A stretch of DNA of 64,000 bases, from NCBI GenBank assembly GCA_050124795.1, contig JASFEO010000002.1, forward strand, positions 1-64,000. The letters run 5' to 3'. The stretch comes from Candidatus Pacearchaeota archaeon. GTDB lineage: Archaea > Nanobdellota > Nanobdellia > Pacearchaeales > GW2011-AR1. Below, in pieces: positions 10,622 to 19,515 of this stretch. Positions within the stretch are counted from its first letter, which is position 1. Each line of letters begins with the position of its first letter. A program made the position numbers and the translations under genes. Under the pieces are notes generated by a model. The model searched no databases, was not told the origin of the DNA, and was given only the letters and a program-made list of their open reading frames with translations.

Positions 10622-10818
10622 ATTGAACGTCCTCCTTCGTCGGAATAATTTCCAAATCTCGTTTTTTCACTTTTGTAAGTTTGTGTAGCCCAAAATATTT
10701 CTTTTGCTGATTTCTTAGAACTTTTTTCTAAATTTGAAAAATCTGGAACAAATTTTTCTCTTTCTCCAATAGGTTCTGTTACTCTTTCATAAATTGTTCT
10801 TTGCTCTGCATTTCTCAT
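10618..10818 (-). CDS. Interleaved orphan ORF (S14/S8), 66 aa
   Basis: Coupled at both ends; ends in YSDEGGRSI; resembles 12799-12999. Confidence 0.75.
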   Translation of the reverse strand: MRNAEQRTIYERVTEPIGEREKFVPDFSNLEKSSKKSAKEIFWATQTYKSEKTRFGNYSDEGGRSI

Positions 10819-10819
10819 T

Positions 10820-11050
10820 TTAACTATATTTTTTAAAGCCAATCTCTGTTGCGATTTCTCTAAAACAGTGTCGGCATAAATTTAATCCATATGAATTTAT
10901 CATTGCTCCAAATCTCCCGCATCTTTCACACTTTTTCGCAGCAATTCCAATCTTTCGCTCTTTCGGCTTGTTATGCTTCAAAAACTTCGCTTTCTTTTCT
11001 GGCTTTTTATTTAATTGTTTCAATATTTTTCTCCAATCACTTGCTGTCAT
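10820..11050 (-). CDS. rps14: 30S ribosomal protein uS14
   Basis: CERCG...YGLNLCRHCFRE...GFKKY. Confidence 0.97.
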   Translation of the reverse strand: MTASDWRKILKQLNKKPEKKAKFLKHNKPKERKIGIAAKKCERCGRFGAMINSYGLNLCRHCFREIATEIGFKKYS

Positions 11051-11397
11051 TTTTTTTGTCCCCCTTCGTCGGAAATTTTAATTGATTGCTTTTCTAAATT
11101 AGATAATATTAAATCTGCATCTGCAATAAATCTATCTGCACTTCTTTTAAAATAAGAATCTTTTGTTTCTCCTTTTGCAATACCCTTGTTGTAAGCTGCC
11201 GCCATAATAAATCTTGAAAATGCTTGAGGGTCTGTTGAATGAGCATATTTTAAAATTATTAATTTTGTAGCATCTGCACCAAGACTTCTAACAAAGTCTT
11301 TAATTTCTTGGTCTTCACCATTAGCTTCTACAATTTCTTCATAAATTTGGTTATACCATGCCATAATTGAATTTCCTGTTATTTCTGACGCTGTCAT
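11047..11397 (-). CDS. Interleaved orphan ORF (L5/S14)
   Basis: Flanked by an 11-bp direct repeat; ends in SDEGGQKK. Confidence 0.75.
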   Translation of the reverse strand: MTASEITGNSIMAWYNQIYEEIVEANGEDQEIKDFVRSLGADATKLIILKYAHSTDPQAFSRFIMAAAYNKGIAKGETKDSYFKRSADRFIADADLILSNLEKQSIKISDEGGQKK

Positions 11398-11398
11398 T

Positions 11399-11902
11399 TT
11401 ACACAAACTCCACTTGGAATTCACTTTCCATAAATTTAATTATTTCTTCCCTGCTTATTATTTGTTTTTTAGGGATTTTTCCCTTTTTGATTTTCCTTAA
11501 TTTTACACGCCGACCTGCCCTTTTAAAAACTACTGTCACATCAAATCCCCGAATACCAATATCTCTTCTGTATTCAATTCCGGGAATCTCAATATATTCT
11601 TTTATTCCAAATGAAAAATTATTTTCACTAATCTGCTTTTTTTTAATTTGATTGTCAACAGTTGCAAGCATTCTCTTTAATAATTCAGTTTTGCCTTTTC
11701 TTATTGTAACAACTGCTCCGATTTCAAGACCCGGCCGAATTCCAATTGTGGGAATCCTTTTTGTTGACTTCATTTTAGCAGGTTTTCTATTTGTCAAAAA
11801 TTCCAAAAGTTTGTAGCCTTTCTCCAAGTCATCGCCGATTCCGCCGACATTTAAAACTACTTTTTCAATTTTTATTTCTCTCATTTTATTTTGTTCTGCC
11901 AT
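11399..11902 (-). CDS. rpl5: 50S ribosomal protein uL5
   Basis: MREIKIEKVVLNVG; NFSFGIKEYIEIPG. Confidence 0.97.
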   Translation of the reverse strand: MAEQNKMREIKIEKVVLNVGGIGDDLEKGYKLLEFLTNRKPAKMKSTKRIPTIGIRPGLEIGAVVTIRKGKTELLKRMLATVDNQIKKKQISENNFSFGIKEYIEIPGIEYRRDIGIRGFDVTVVFKRAGRRVKLRKIKKGKIPKKQIISREEIIKFMESEFQVEFV

Positions 11903-11903
11903 T

Positions 11904-12149
11904 TTAATTTCGCATCTCCTTAAGATATTCATTTAATCGTGATTCATAAGCATTAGTCACAGTTTCTCCTATTCCATTTTCATTCATGCGGTCAATTAAT
12001 GATTCTATTCTTTCTTTATATTGCATTATTCGGGTTTTGCAATCAACACTATCAACTTTCTCAATCATTTCCTCAAGCAATGAATCAGCTTCTTTAATTA
12101 TTGGGATAATTTTTCTATTGTAATTTACTTTCCCGAATTCACAAATCAT
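11904..12149 (-). CDS. Interleaved orphan ORF (S4e/L5)
   Basis: ATGA and TAAAATG junctions. Confidence 0.7.
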   Translation of the reverse strand: MICEFGKVNYNRKIIPIIKEADSLLEEMIEKVDSVDCKTRIMQYKERIESLIDRMNENGIGETVTNAYESRLNEYLKEMRN

Positions 12150-12799
12150 TTTTCCACCACCATAATCTGTTTAATTAAAACATTAATATTGTCTTCACCA
12201 ACTGTTATGCTTGCCATCTTTCTCTCAATTTTAAGTTTTCTTAAAATTCCTTGTTTGCCTGCATGCTTTCCTGCAAAAATAAAAACTTCTTCTCCTTCTT
12301 TCATTGGCAACACCTTCTCAATCTTTTTATCCTTAAAACTAATCACAACACTATCCCCTGTTTTGCATTTTTCTGAACTTAACAAATTTCTTCCATCACT
12401 TAAATTCAACTGCGTTTTCTTTCCTTTCAAAGTTTTTTTATTAACAACTTTTGAAACTTTTTTCATTGCTTCTTTCTCACCAACTTCCTCTAAGTCAAAC
12501 TTCCCATATTTTGATAAAGTTATTTTGTAGTGTTTTTTTGCAGGAACAATTGTTATAACATCAAACAAAACTGCATTATTTTTTTCATCCTTGATTATCC
12601 TATTATTAAGTAAAACATTTTTCGCATTAATTGCCCTCTTGACTTCCTTTCTATTCTGAGCAATTTTTAACATGTCTCGCAAAATAACCAAAACCGGAAC
12701 TCCCTTTTCCAAGTTGCTGTTAGGTCGAACTACATACGCTGTTCCCTTTCTATTAATTGGCCAATTTTTTGGTGCAAGTTGACGTTTAAGATGTGCCAT
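12146..12799 (-). CDS. rps4e: 30S ribosomal protein eS4
   Basis: HLKRQLAPKNW; QLNLSDGRN; GKHAG. Confidence 0.97.
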   Translation of the reverse strand: MAHLKRQLAPKNWPINRKGTAYVVRPNSNLEKGVPVLVILRDMLKIAQNRKEVKRAINAKNVLLNNRIIKDEKNNAVLFDVITIVPAKKHYKITLSKYGKFDLEEVGEKEAMKKVSKVVNKKTLKGKKTQLNLSDGRNLLSSEKCKTGDSVVISFKDKKIEKVLPMKEGEEVFIFAGKHAGKQGILRKLKIERKMASITVGEDNINVLIKQIMVVEK

Positions 12800-12999
12800 T
12801 ATAAATTTCCTCCTCCGTCGGAATAACTTTTTTTAACTTTTCTATTTTCATGTTTTCCATACCATTCACTCCACTTTCCTGCCAAATCAATTCTTTTCAA
12901 TCCCTTAGAAGGTTCGGGACCAACATAATCTTCTCCGCCTTTTCCTTCATACATTGTTCTAACCTTTTCATAAATATTTTTTTGTTCTAGTGTTGTCAT
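12799..12999 (-). CDS. Interleaved orphan ORF (L24/S4e), 66 aa
   Basis: ATGA and TAATG junctions; ends in YSDGGGNL. Confidence 0.75.
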   Translation of the reverse strand: MTTLEQKNIYEKVRTMYEGKGGEDYVGPEPSKGLKRIDLAGKWSEWYGKHENRKVKKSYSDGGGNL

Positions 13000-13463
13000 T
13001 GTTTCTTCTCCTTAATTTTATCGTCTGAAACTTCCTTTTTAGGTGTTTTGCTTTTTGCTTTTTCAGTTTTTTTCTCTGTATTTTTTTCCTTGTTCATTTT
13101 CGCCATTCGCTTTTTGTCATCTAAATTTAATTCAATAATCTGCAGGTTTGAAGGCTGCTGCATTGCATTAACTTTTGAACCATCAAGTTTTTTCACCTGA
13201 ATATTCTCAACAGCAACTCTCGACTCCTTATACTTAACAATTGTAACTTTTCCTTTCTGCCCCTTAAACTTGCCGCGCATAATTTTCACAACATCGCCTT
13301 TCCTAACTGGGATATTTCTTCGCTCGTGTTTCTTTCTAAGTTCTTTACTCAAGTTCACACTAACGAATTTCTTTCTAATATTAAGTGGGGCATTTGCTCT
13401 ATACTTTCTTTGTTTTCTAGGTTGCTTACTTGCTTTCCATGATTTTGAAAATTTAGTTTTCAT
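12996..13463 (-). CDS. rpl24: 50S ribosomal protein uL24
   Basis: SKQPRKQRK; VRKGDVVKIMRG. Confidence 0.97.
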   Translation of the reverse strand: MKTKFSKSWKASKQPRKQRKYRANAPLNIRKKFVSVNLSKELRKKHERRNIPVRKGDVVKIMRGKFKGQKGKVTIVKYKESRVAVENIQVKKLDGSKVNAMQQPSNLQIIELNLDDKKRMAKMNKEKNTEKKTEKAKSKTPKKEVSDDKIKEKKQ

Positions 13464-13464
13464 T

Positions 13465-13695
13465 TTAATTTCTCATTCCTCCTTCCCACTCCCGAATTTC
13501 TTTATTAACAATTTCTGCTTCTATATCATAAGTTGAAGTATCAATACCTTCTTTTTTTGCAATAGCTGAAAATAACCTATAGAATCTCATTACTCCTTGG
13601 TTATATCGCGAATATCTTCTATCAAATTTAACTCTTTCCAACTGGAACTTTGCACGCCTTTCAAATTCTTCTTGAGTAAATATTCCTTTATCCAT
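13465..13695 (-). CDS. Interleaved orphan ORF (L14/L24)
   Basis: ATTAAAATG at both junctions. Confidence 0.7.
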   Translation of the reverse strand: MDKGIFTQEEFERRAKFQLERVKFDRRYSRYNQGVMRFYRLFSAIAKKEGIDTSTYDIEAEIVNKEIREWEGGMRN

Positions 13696-13696
13696 T

Positions 13697-14098
13697 TTAA
13701 TAAACAACTGAAGCAATCTTAGCCACACTTGGCCAGCGCTCCAATACCTCCCTTGCAATTGGTCCTTTGATCTGAGTAGCTTTTGGATTTCCCTTTCCAT
13801 CCTTTAAAATCGCAACTGCATTGTCTTCAAATGCAACTCTCTCACCATTCAATCTTCTGTATGCTTTTTTCTGCCTGATTATAACAGCGTCGAAAACCTT
13901 GCCTTTCATGTCAGGAACACCTTTTCTAATGCTCACTTTAACCCAATCAGCAACCTTTGCCTTCATCTGCCTTGTCTTTCTTCCTTTACCTTTCTTCACA
14001 CCAACAAGTTTCACAATCTTTGCTCCTGAATTATCTGCTGCAATCATAATTGCGCCTAAATTCAAACCTGCTGTTGTTCTTGCTGAAACTGCTTTCAT
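13697..14098 (-). CDS. rpl14: 50S ribosomal protein uL14
   Basis: ADNSGAK; FEDNA; IKGPIARE. Confidence 0.97.
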   Translation of the reverse strand: MKAVSARTTAGLNLGAIMIAADNSGAKIVKLVGVKKGKGRKTRQMKAKVADWVKVSIRKGVPDMKGKVFDAVIIRQKKAYRRLNGERVAFEDNAVAILKDGKGNPKATQIKGPIAREVLERWPSVAKIASVVY

Positions 14099-14457
14099 TT
14101 CTTTTCCTCCTTAACTTTTTCATTATTTATTTTTTCAATAACTGCAAAATGAATTATCTTTGACAATGGTCTGCATTCCTGAATTTTTACTCTGTCGCCG
14201 ACATTGATGTCTTTTCTCATGCAATCAGGAAGACGAGCATGAATCTTTGTTCTTGACTTTGAATATCTTTCATACTTTCTAACATAAACCATTCTCTCAA
14301 ATTCAATTGTGATTCTCTTGTCAAACTTTCTAATAACTTCTCCTTCAAAGACTCTGCCGCGAGTTTTCAAATTTCCATGAACATGGCAATTCTTGTCATT
14401 ACAAGTTTCACTAGTTTTTTCTTTTTCCATTTTTATTGTTTGTTTTTTCTTTGGCAT
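14095..14457 (-). CDS. rps17: 30S ribosomal protein uS17
   Basis: CNDKNCHVHG; KYERY; ECRPLSK. Confidence 0.97.
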   Translation of the reverse strand: MPKKKQTIKMEKEKTSETCNDKNCHVHGNLKTRGRVFEGEVIRKFDKRITIEFERMVYVRKYERYSKSRTKIHARLPDCMRKDINVGDRVKIQECRPLSKIIHFAVIEKINNEKVKEEKK

Positions 14458-14459
14458 TT

Positions 14460-14783
14460 TTAATCTTCCAATATCTCTCCATAAAAATCTATATCTGTCG
14501 GAATGCTTGGTCCGAAACCCCTCGTTATCCCATAAATGTATCTCAATTTAATTGTTCCATTTGCCATTGGCATTATAGCTTCTTTTTCAGTAGTTATGCG
14601 GTATGTAGGCTTTTGCCCTCTTTCAACAAGATAAATTATCTTACTCTTTTCAGGATGTTCATCATAATGATAAAGTCCACTCTGCCCAAAATAATTATCA
14701 TCCAAATCTAAAATATCTCCTTTCCGAAGACTTTCTAAATCTTTTTCATTCATTGGTCTTTTAATTTTATCTTGTAATTCCAT
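14460..14783 (-). CDS. Interleaved orphan ORF (SUI1/S17)
   Basis: Occupies the position where rnp1 (RNase P p29) usually lies; no resemblance to it seen. Confidence 0.7.
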   Translation of the reverse strand: MELQDKIKRPMNEKDLESLRKGDILDLDDNYFGQSGLYHYDEHPEKSKIIYLVERGQKPTYRITTEKEAIMPMANGTIKLRYIYGITRGFGPSIPTDIDFYGEILED

Positions 14784-14890
14784 CTTACTCTCTACCTCCA
14801 GCTAATTCTGCTTTTTCCATTTTTCCTACTCTTGCGTCTGTTTTTTTCATTTTCTTGTTTCTTTCCTCTTCGTTTGTGTGTTTTTAGATT

Positions 14891-15190
14891 TTATTCTGAG
14901 ATTGAGTCTTCGTCAAAACCAAGTTTGATCAAAGAAGCTTTTATCTTCTTTGTGTGATCTCCCTGGAGTTCGACTATCCCATCCTTGCCAGTTCCTCCGC
15001 AAGCAAACTCATTCTTGAGTTGCTTTGCAATTCTTCTGACATCAATGCCAGTCTCGAATCCGCTTACAATAGTAACGATCTTGCCGTATCTTTTCCTGTC
15101 GGTCGTTACCTTTATCCTTTGCGAACTTTTCACAATCTGTTCACACACACAGGCCGCCTCTGGCAGCCCACATTTTGGACATATTTCCAT
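14891..15190 (-). CDS. sui1: Translation initiation factor SUI1/aIF1
   Basis: CPKCGLP; RYGKIVT; ACGGT; IVELQGDH. Confidence 0.95.
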   Translation of the reverse strand: MEICPKCGLPEAACVCEQIVKSSQRIKVTTDRKRYGKIVTIVSGFETGIDVRRIAKQLKNEFACGGTGKDGIVELQGDHTKKIKASLIKLGFDEDSISE

Positions 15191-15193
15191 AGT

Positions 15194-15391
15194 TTATTTC
15201 TTATTCAACTCCCCTAATTTACTTAAGGTGTTGAATGTGTGTATTCTCGCAATCATTTTTTTGATTTCCTTTATCTTTGAACTTCCGCCCTTAGCTGCAT
15301 TCGCCTTTGCCTTTACTAATTCCATTTTCAATTCCTTTAACTTCTTTTCCCTTTCCTTTTCACTTAATTTTTTAATTTCTTTTGATTTCAT
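15194..15391 (-). CDS. rpl29: 50S ribosomal protein uL29
   Basis: KLKELKMEL; IKEIKKMIARIHT. Confidence 0.93.
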   Translation of the reverse strand: MKSKEIKKLSEKEREKKLKELKMELVKAKANAAKGGSSKIKEIKKMIARIHTFNTLSKLGELNKK

Positions 15392-15636
15392 TTTATGGTT
15401 TCTCCGTAGACTTGTTTTTCAATTGAATTTAATCTTCTTAGTAATTTTTGTTTTGTTGTAATTCTTGCAGCACCCCATGCACCTCTTGAAGTTAAATCTT
15501 CAGTATAACTCCTAATTCTCCCAACAACAGTGATTGCATGTGTAGGATTTCCCTCTCTAATAGCTGTTTTAACATCTCCTCTTAGATAGGGGATTTGCCC
15601 CAGTTTTTCAATTGTTCTATCTAAAATTGTTTTCAT
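15388..15636 (-). CDS. Interleaved orphan ORF (S3/L29)
   Basis: ATGA overlaps at both ends. Confidence 0.72.
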   Translation of the reverse strand: MKTILDRTIEKLGQIPYLRGDVKTAIREGNPTHAITVVGRIRSYTEDLTSRGAWGAARITTKQKLLRRLNSIEKQVYGETIK

Positions 15637-16397
15637 TCTCCATCCTCCATCTCATTTACTTCTTCGTCGCTATTTTCCTCAACCAAAATTTTTTCAGGAA
15701 TCAAGTCCTTTTTATCCTCGTCTTTCTTAGTTATTTTTTTCTTGGAAGTTTTTGCTAAAACATTTTCTATACTCCCCGCATTTTTCTTTAACTCTTTCAA
15801 AAGTTCTTCAGTAATTACAATCTTGTCTTTTAATACTGCAGTCGGTGACAATATACTAACTTTGATTCCAACTGTTCCAGGTTTTGTCTCAGCCCTTGCC
15901 TGTGCTCTGTCAACCACCTTTGCAGAATCCCCAGTTTTCTTTAAATAACCTTGAGCAAATCTCCATGGCTTAGCTCTTGCGCCTGGCAATTTTCCATTAA
16001 GCCTAATTTCAACTCCCAAAGCACCTGCATTAATTATTCTCTGCAAAGTTCTATAAGCAGTAACCTTAAACCTAATCGGACCAAACCTCTCAAGACTCAA
16101 AGCAATCTCATCAGCCATAATCTGCGCATCAAATTCAGGCTTTTTGATTTCATCAATTTCAATATGAAGATTTTCTAATTTGAATTGTCTTCGAAGCAAA
16201 TTTGTCAATTCCTCAATCTTCTCGCCCTTCCGACCAATCACAAGACCTGGCTTATGCGTTGAAACAATTATCTTCTCACCAACAGGCGTGTACTGAATTT
16301 TAACTCTGCTAACCTTCCCCTTTCCAAGATTTTTCTTAATCATTTCACGAACTGCAAATTCCTGCTTCTTAAAATTAACAACTTCTTTTTCTTCCAT
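15633..16397 (-). CDS. rps3: 30S ribosomal protein uS3
   Basis: KPGLVIGRKG; AGALGVEI; GYLKKTG. Confidence 0.97.
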   Translation of the reverse strand: MEEKEVVNFKKQEFAVREMIKKNLGKGKVSRVKIQYTPVGEKIIVSTHKPGLVIGRKGEKIEELTNLLRRQFKLENLHIEIDEIKKPEFDAQIMADEIALSLERFGPIRFKVTAYRTLQRIINAGALGVEIRLNGKLPGARAKPWRFAQGYLKKTGDSAKVVDRAQARAETKPGTVGIKVSILSPTAVLKDKIVITEELLKELKKNAGSIENVLAKTSKKKITKKDEDKKDLIPEKILVEENSDEEVNEMEDGE

Positions 16398-16717
16398 TAT
16401 AATTTAACTCCTGCTGAATTTAATATTCCTAGTAATTTTGATTTTTTTTCTTTAGATACACATTCTAATGTTTCTGCTGTTAAAAAATCAATAGCAAATG
16501 AAGAAATATCTTTATGGGTAATTGTTCTATCTTCTTTTTGGGTTATCCATCTGTCATCCGCAAGCGCGCACATTTTTTCTCCGCTAAATTCAAAATAAAA
16601 AAGATGTTTTTCTCCAACTTGCCCACGATATTCAGTATTTTCAATTACACTTTCTCTAGGATATTCTTGTAAAGGGTATTTTTCTCCAACCCTTAATAAT
16701 AATTTTTTCTCCGTCAT
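16397..16717 (-). CDS. Interleaved orphan ORF (L22/S3)
   Basis: ATGA and TAATG overlaps. Confidence 0.75.
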   Translation of the reverse strand: MTEKKLLLRVGEKYPLQEYPRESVIENTEYRGQVGEKHLFYFEFSGEKMCALADDRWITQKEDRTITHKDISSFAIDFLTAETLECVSKEKKSKLLGILNSAGVKL

Positions 16718-17352
16718 TTTTTCTTCTCCATTTTATTTTTAGTTTTTGATTTTTTCTTTTTTATCATTTTTTTCTCAGTTGCAACAATTTTAACATGAGT
16801 TCTTTTTCTTCTGACACTTCCAAATCGACCAAACGGCCTCTCTCCAATATTTGCAACAGCCTCGGTGATTATCGCCTTCTCAATTTCATTGTAAACTGCA
16901 TTTCCTGCTAAACTCTTAAGCATTACTAAAAATTCCTTTGTTGCCTTAACTGGATATTTCCCAGCGCCCGAAGCAACCTTGCCCTTGCCTTTTTTGTGCG
17001 CATATTCGCCTTTCATTGGAACATGTTTTTTCTGCATCAAGACTTCATTTAAGTCCCTTGTTGCCTTCTCAATTGTTTTATTCTTAATAAACTTGCAAAT
17101 CGCAGCAGCATACTTTGTTGAAATATGTAAATTCTTCATATCAACAAATGCTGAATGCTGTTTAACTTTTGGTTTCTTAACAATTGGCTTTTTATGTTTC
17201 TCTTCCTTTTTCTCCTCGACATTTTCTTTCCTTTCTGTTTTCTCATCTTTCTTAACTTTTGTCTCTTTTGGAGTTTCAACTTTTTGTTTTACACTTGCCT
17301 TTTCTGTTACTTTCTTTTCAGTTTTTGTTGGTGAATATTGTTTTTCTGTCAT
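16714..17352 (-). CDS. rpl22: 50S ribosomal protein uL22 with charged N-terminal extension
   Basis: ISTKYAAAICKFIK; GKYPVKA; RTHVKIV. Confidence 0.95.
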   Translation of the reverse strand: MTEKQYSPTKTEKKVTEKASVKQKVETPKETKVKKDEKTERKENVEEKKEEKHKKPIVKKPKVKQHSAFVDMKNLHISTKYAAAICKFIKNKTIEKATRDLNEVLMQKKHVPMKGEYAHKKGKGKVASGAGKYPVKATKEFLVMLKSLAGNAVYNEIEKAIITEAVANIGERPFGRFGSVRRKRTHVKIVATEKKMIKKKKSKTKNKMEKKK

Positions 17353-17353
17353 T

Positions 17354-17671
17354 TTAATTTATTGCCTCCAATATTTTTGTTAAAGCATTTTTTGCAGTGA
17401 TATAAGCTTCTTTAACAGAGTTAGGAATTTCATCCTCATAATTTTCAGCAAGAGAAACTGAATCTTCCCATTTTTCATTAAGAATATCTAGTCCTTTGGT
17501 AAGGCTTTCTCGATTTTCTTTAAATGAAAAGCTCTCTGCAATTTCTTTACTTGATCTATTGAAATTTTTATAATTTCTTCCTAACTGAAGTATTGCAAAG
17601 TTATTAGCATCAAATCTAGCTCTATCATTCCATGCTTCTTTCTTAACTATTGTATAATCCTGTGAATCCAT
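17354..17671 (-). CDS. Interleaved orphan ORF (S19/L22)
   Basis: TAAAATG at both junctions. Confidence 0.75.
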   Translation of the reverse strand: MDSQDYTIVKKEAWNDRARFDANNFAILQLGRNYKNFNRSSKEIAESFSFKENRESLTKGLDILNEKWEDSVSLAENYEDEIPNSVKEAYITAKNALTKILEAIN

Positions 17672-17672
17672 T

Positions 17673-18074
17673 TTATTTCTTTGATTTATGTTTACTTCCC
17701 TTTGTTGCGCCTACTCCTGCTTTTGAGTGCTTGATTCTCGCCCGAGTCGGCGCAAGTTCACCAAACTTATGCCCAAGCATCTCTCCCTTGACTTCAACAG
17801 GAACAAATTTATTTCCATTGTAAATACCTATTCTCATTCCAACAAGTTCCGGCACAATAATTAAATCTCTCTTGTGAGTTCGAACTTTCTTATTCTTAGC
17901 CACCTTGTCCTTAGCCCGATTAACAAAATCCTCAACTTCCTGGAAATTCCTCAAAATAGTTCTTCTGTTTCTCGACCCAACTAACTTTGCAAACTCCCGA
18001 ACACTCAAAGTTTTCAACTCTTCAATTGTCTTTCCCTTAAATGTAAATTCTTTTTTTCTTAATTCTATTGCCAT
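17673..18074 (-). CDS. rps19: 30S ribosomal protein uS19
   Basis: RTHKRDLIIVPE; MLGHKFGE; GVGATKGS. Confidence 0.97.
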   Translation of the reverse strand: MAIELRKKEFTFKGKTIEELKTLSVREFAKLVGSRNRRTILRNFQEVEDFVNRAKDKVAKNKKVRTHKRDLIIVPELVGMRIGIYNGNKFVPVEVKGEMLGHKFGELAPTRARIKHSKAGVGATKGSKHKSKK

Positions 18075-18075
18075 T

Positions 18076-18405
18076 TTAAATATCTTCCAGATAATTATTT
18101 ATTAATCTTGATAAAAAACTTTCTGCTTCGGTATTTGTAGCATTTTCATCTTCTCCTTTTTGTTTAATATCCAGTAAATCCCTAATTGTATAACTTGCTT
18201 CAATATTCCTTCCACTATAAGTTAAAACAAATGTTCCTTGTTGCCTTCCAAATCCTGCTTCTTCCAATTTTCTTGAAACCTCAAGGTCTAATCCTCTATC
18301 CAATAAAGAATTTATTATTTTATTTGCTGTTTTCAAATTTTCCCTCGCCATTTCTTCTCTATATTGACTTTCCCCGATTATATGATGACTTCTGCTGATT
18401 TCCAT
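18076..18405 (-). CDS. Interleaved orphan ORF (L2/S19)
   Basis: 2-nt and 1-nt gaps to its neighbours. Confidence 0.75.
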   Translation of the reverse strand: MEISRSHHIIGESQYREEMARENLKTANKIINSLLDRGLDLEVSRKLEEAGFGRQQGTFVLTYSGRNIEASYTIRDLLDIKQKGEDENATNTEAESFLSRLINNYLEDI

Positions 18406-18407
18406 GA

Positions 18408-19103
18408 TTATTTTCTCTTTCCTGTCCTTCTTGGACGAAGTAATCCAACACGTCTACCACGCGGAGCATTTCTTTTAACTGTTTTGCTTTTTGGATTCTT
18501 TCCACGACCAGAACCAAACGGATGGTCAATTGCATTCATCTTAAAGGCACCTGTCCGAGGCCATAATTTACTTTTTGATTTTTTAATATAAAACTTTTTT
18601 CCTGCCTTCATAACAGGTTTGTCAAGCCTTCCGTGTCCTGCAACAATTCCAATAACTGCTCTGCAATTCTCATTAAACTTTTTCTCTTTTTTCGACGGCA
18701 TAACTAAAACAACTTTATCTCCAAGAATCTTTGTAACAATTGCAGAACTTCCTGCAGTCTTAATAAACTTCCCTCCATCTCCTGGACGAGATTCAATACA
18801 ATAAACCTGAGTTTTAACTGGAATATCTTTTAACTTCAAAATATTTCCTTTCTCACTTCCCTTATCAAAATTAATTTTTTGCCCTTCAATCATTTTAAGA
18901 AACGCAGGAATATAAAAATTTCCTTTGTTAGACTTTATCTCAGCCAAAGGAGCAGAATGCGCAGCAGAATTAAATAGCTTAACAACTTCCCCTTCGCCCT
19001 CAAGTCCACGAGGAAACTGTAGCTTAAATCTAAAAGCTCTCTTGCTTGCTCTGTAAGTATTTCCTCCGCGTCCTCTTCGTTGTGTAATTATTCTTTTTCC
19101 CAT
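18408..19103 (-). CDS. rpl2: 50S ribosomal protein uL2
   Basis: GKRIITQRRGRG; IESRPGDGG; MNAIDHPFGSG. Confidence 0.97.
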   Translation of the reverse strand: MGKRIITQRRGRGGNTYRASKRAFRFKLQFPRGLEGEGEVVKLFNSAAHSAPLAEIKSNKGNFYIPAFLKMIEGQKINFDKGSEKGNILKLKDIPVKTQVYCIESRPGDGGKFIKTAGSSAIVTKILGDKVVLVMPSKKEKKFNENCRAVIGIVAGHGRLDKPVMKAGKKFYIKKSKSKLWPRTGAFKMNAIDHPFGSGRGKNPKSKTVKRNAPRGRRVGLLRPRRTGKRK

Positions 19104-19268
19104 TTACAATATTTCTCCTCCTGATAACCAATATTCTTTCACTTCAATATATTTATTCAGCTCCTTATCTCTTTGCTGATAAGCTGATTCAATTTGATTT
19201 GCTTTTCTTTCTTCATCTAGTGCTTCAATCATAAGTTCTCTAAATGTTGGTGTTCTTATTTCTCTCAT
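19104..19268 (-). CDS. Interleaved orphan ORF (L23/L2), 54 aa, absent from the ORF track
   Basis: MREIRTPTFRELMIEALDEER...YWLSGGEIL*; fills the gap with 1-nt and 0-nt spacing. Confidence 0.7.
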   Translation of the reverse strand: MREIRTPTFRELMIEALDEERKANQIESAYQQRDKELNKYIEVKEYWLSGGEIL

Positions 19269-19269
19269 T

Positions 19270-19515
19270 TTATATTAATCCCAACTTTGTAGCAATATCA
19301 ATTGCCGGAAAGTCCATTTTTAATTTCACATATGCAAACTTTTTATTCTCCCTAACCAAAGTCCTCACCTTCTCAACCTTAACATTAAACATTTCCTCAA
19401 TCGCTTTCTTAATACTCTCCTTTGTCTCATTCTTGCCGAGAACAAAAGTCAAAACATTTTCCAACTCAATTCTCATAACTGCTTTTTCAGTAACTATTGG
19501 TTTAAGTGTATTCAT
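19270..19515 (-). CDS. rpl23: 50S ribosomal protein uL23
   Basis: PIVTEKA; KFAYVKL. Confidence 0.96.
   Translation of the reverse strand: MNTLKPIVTEKAVMRIELENVLTFVLGKNETKESIKKAIEEMFNVKVEKVRTLVRENKKFAYVKLKMDFPAIDIATKLGLI

Noticed and set aside
6566-17352. Charged extensions on S5, L32e, L24, S3 and L22
   Set aside because: Low-complexity Lys/Glu tails with no domain signal; not evidence of a new system.
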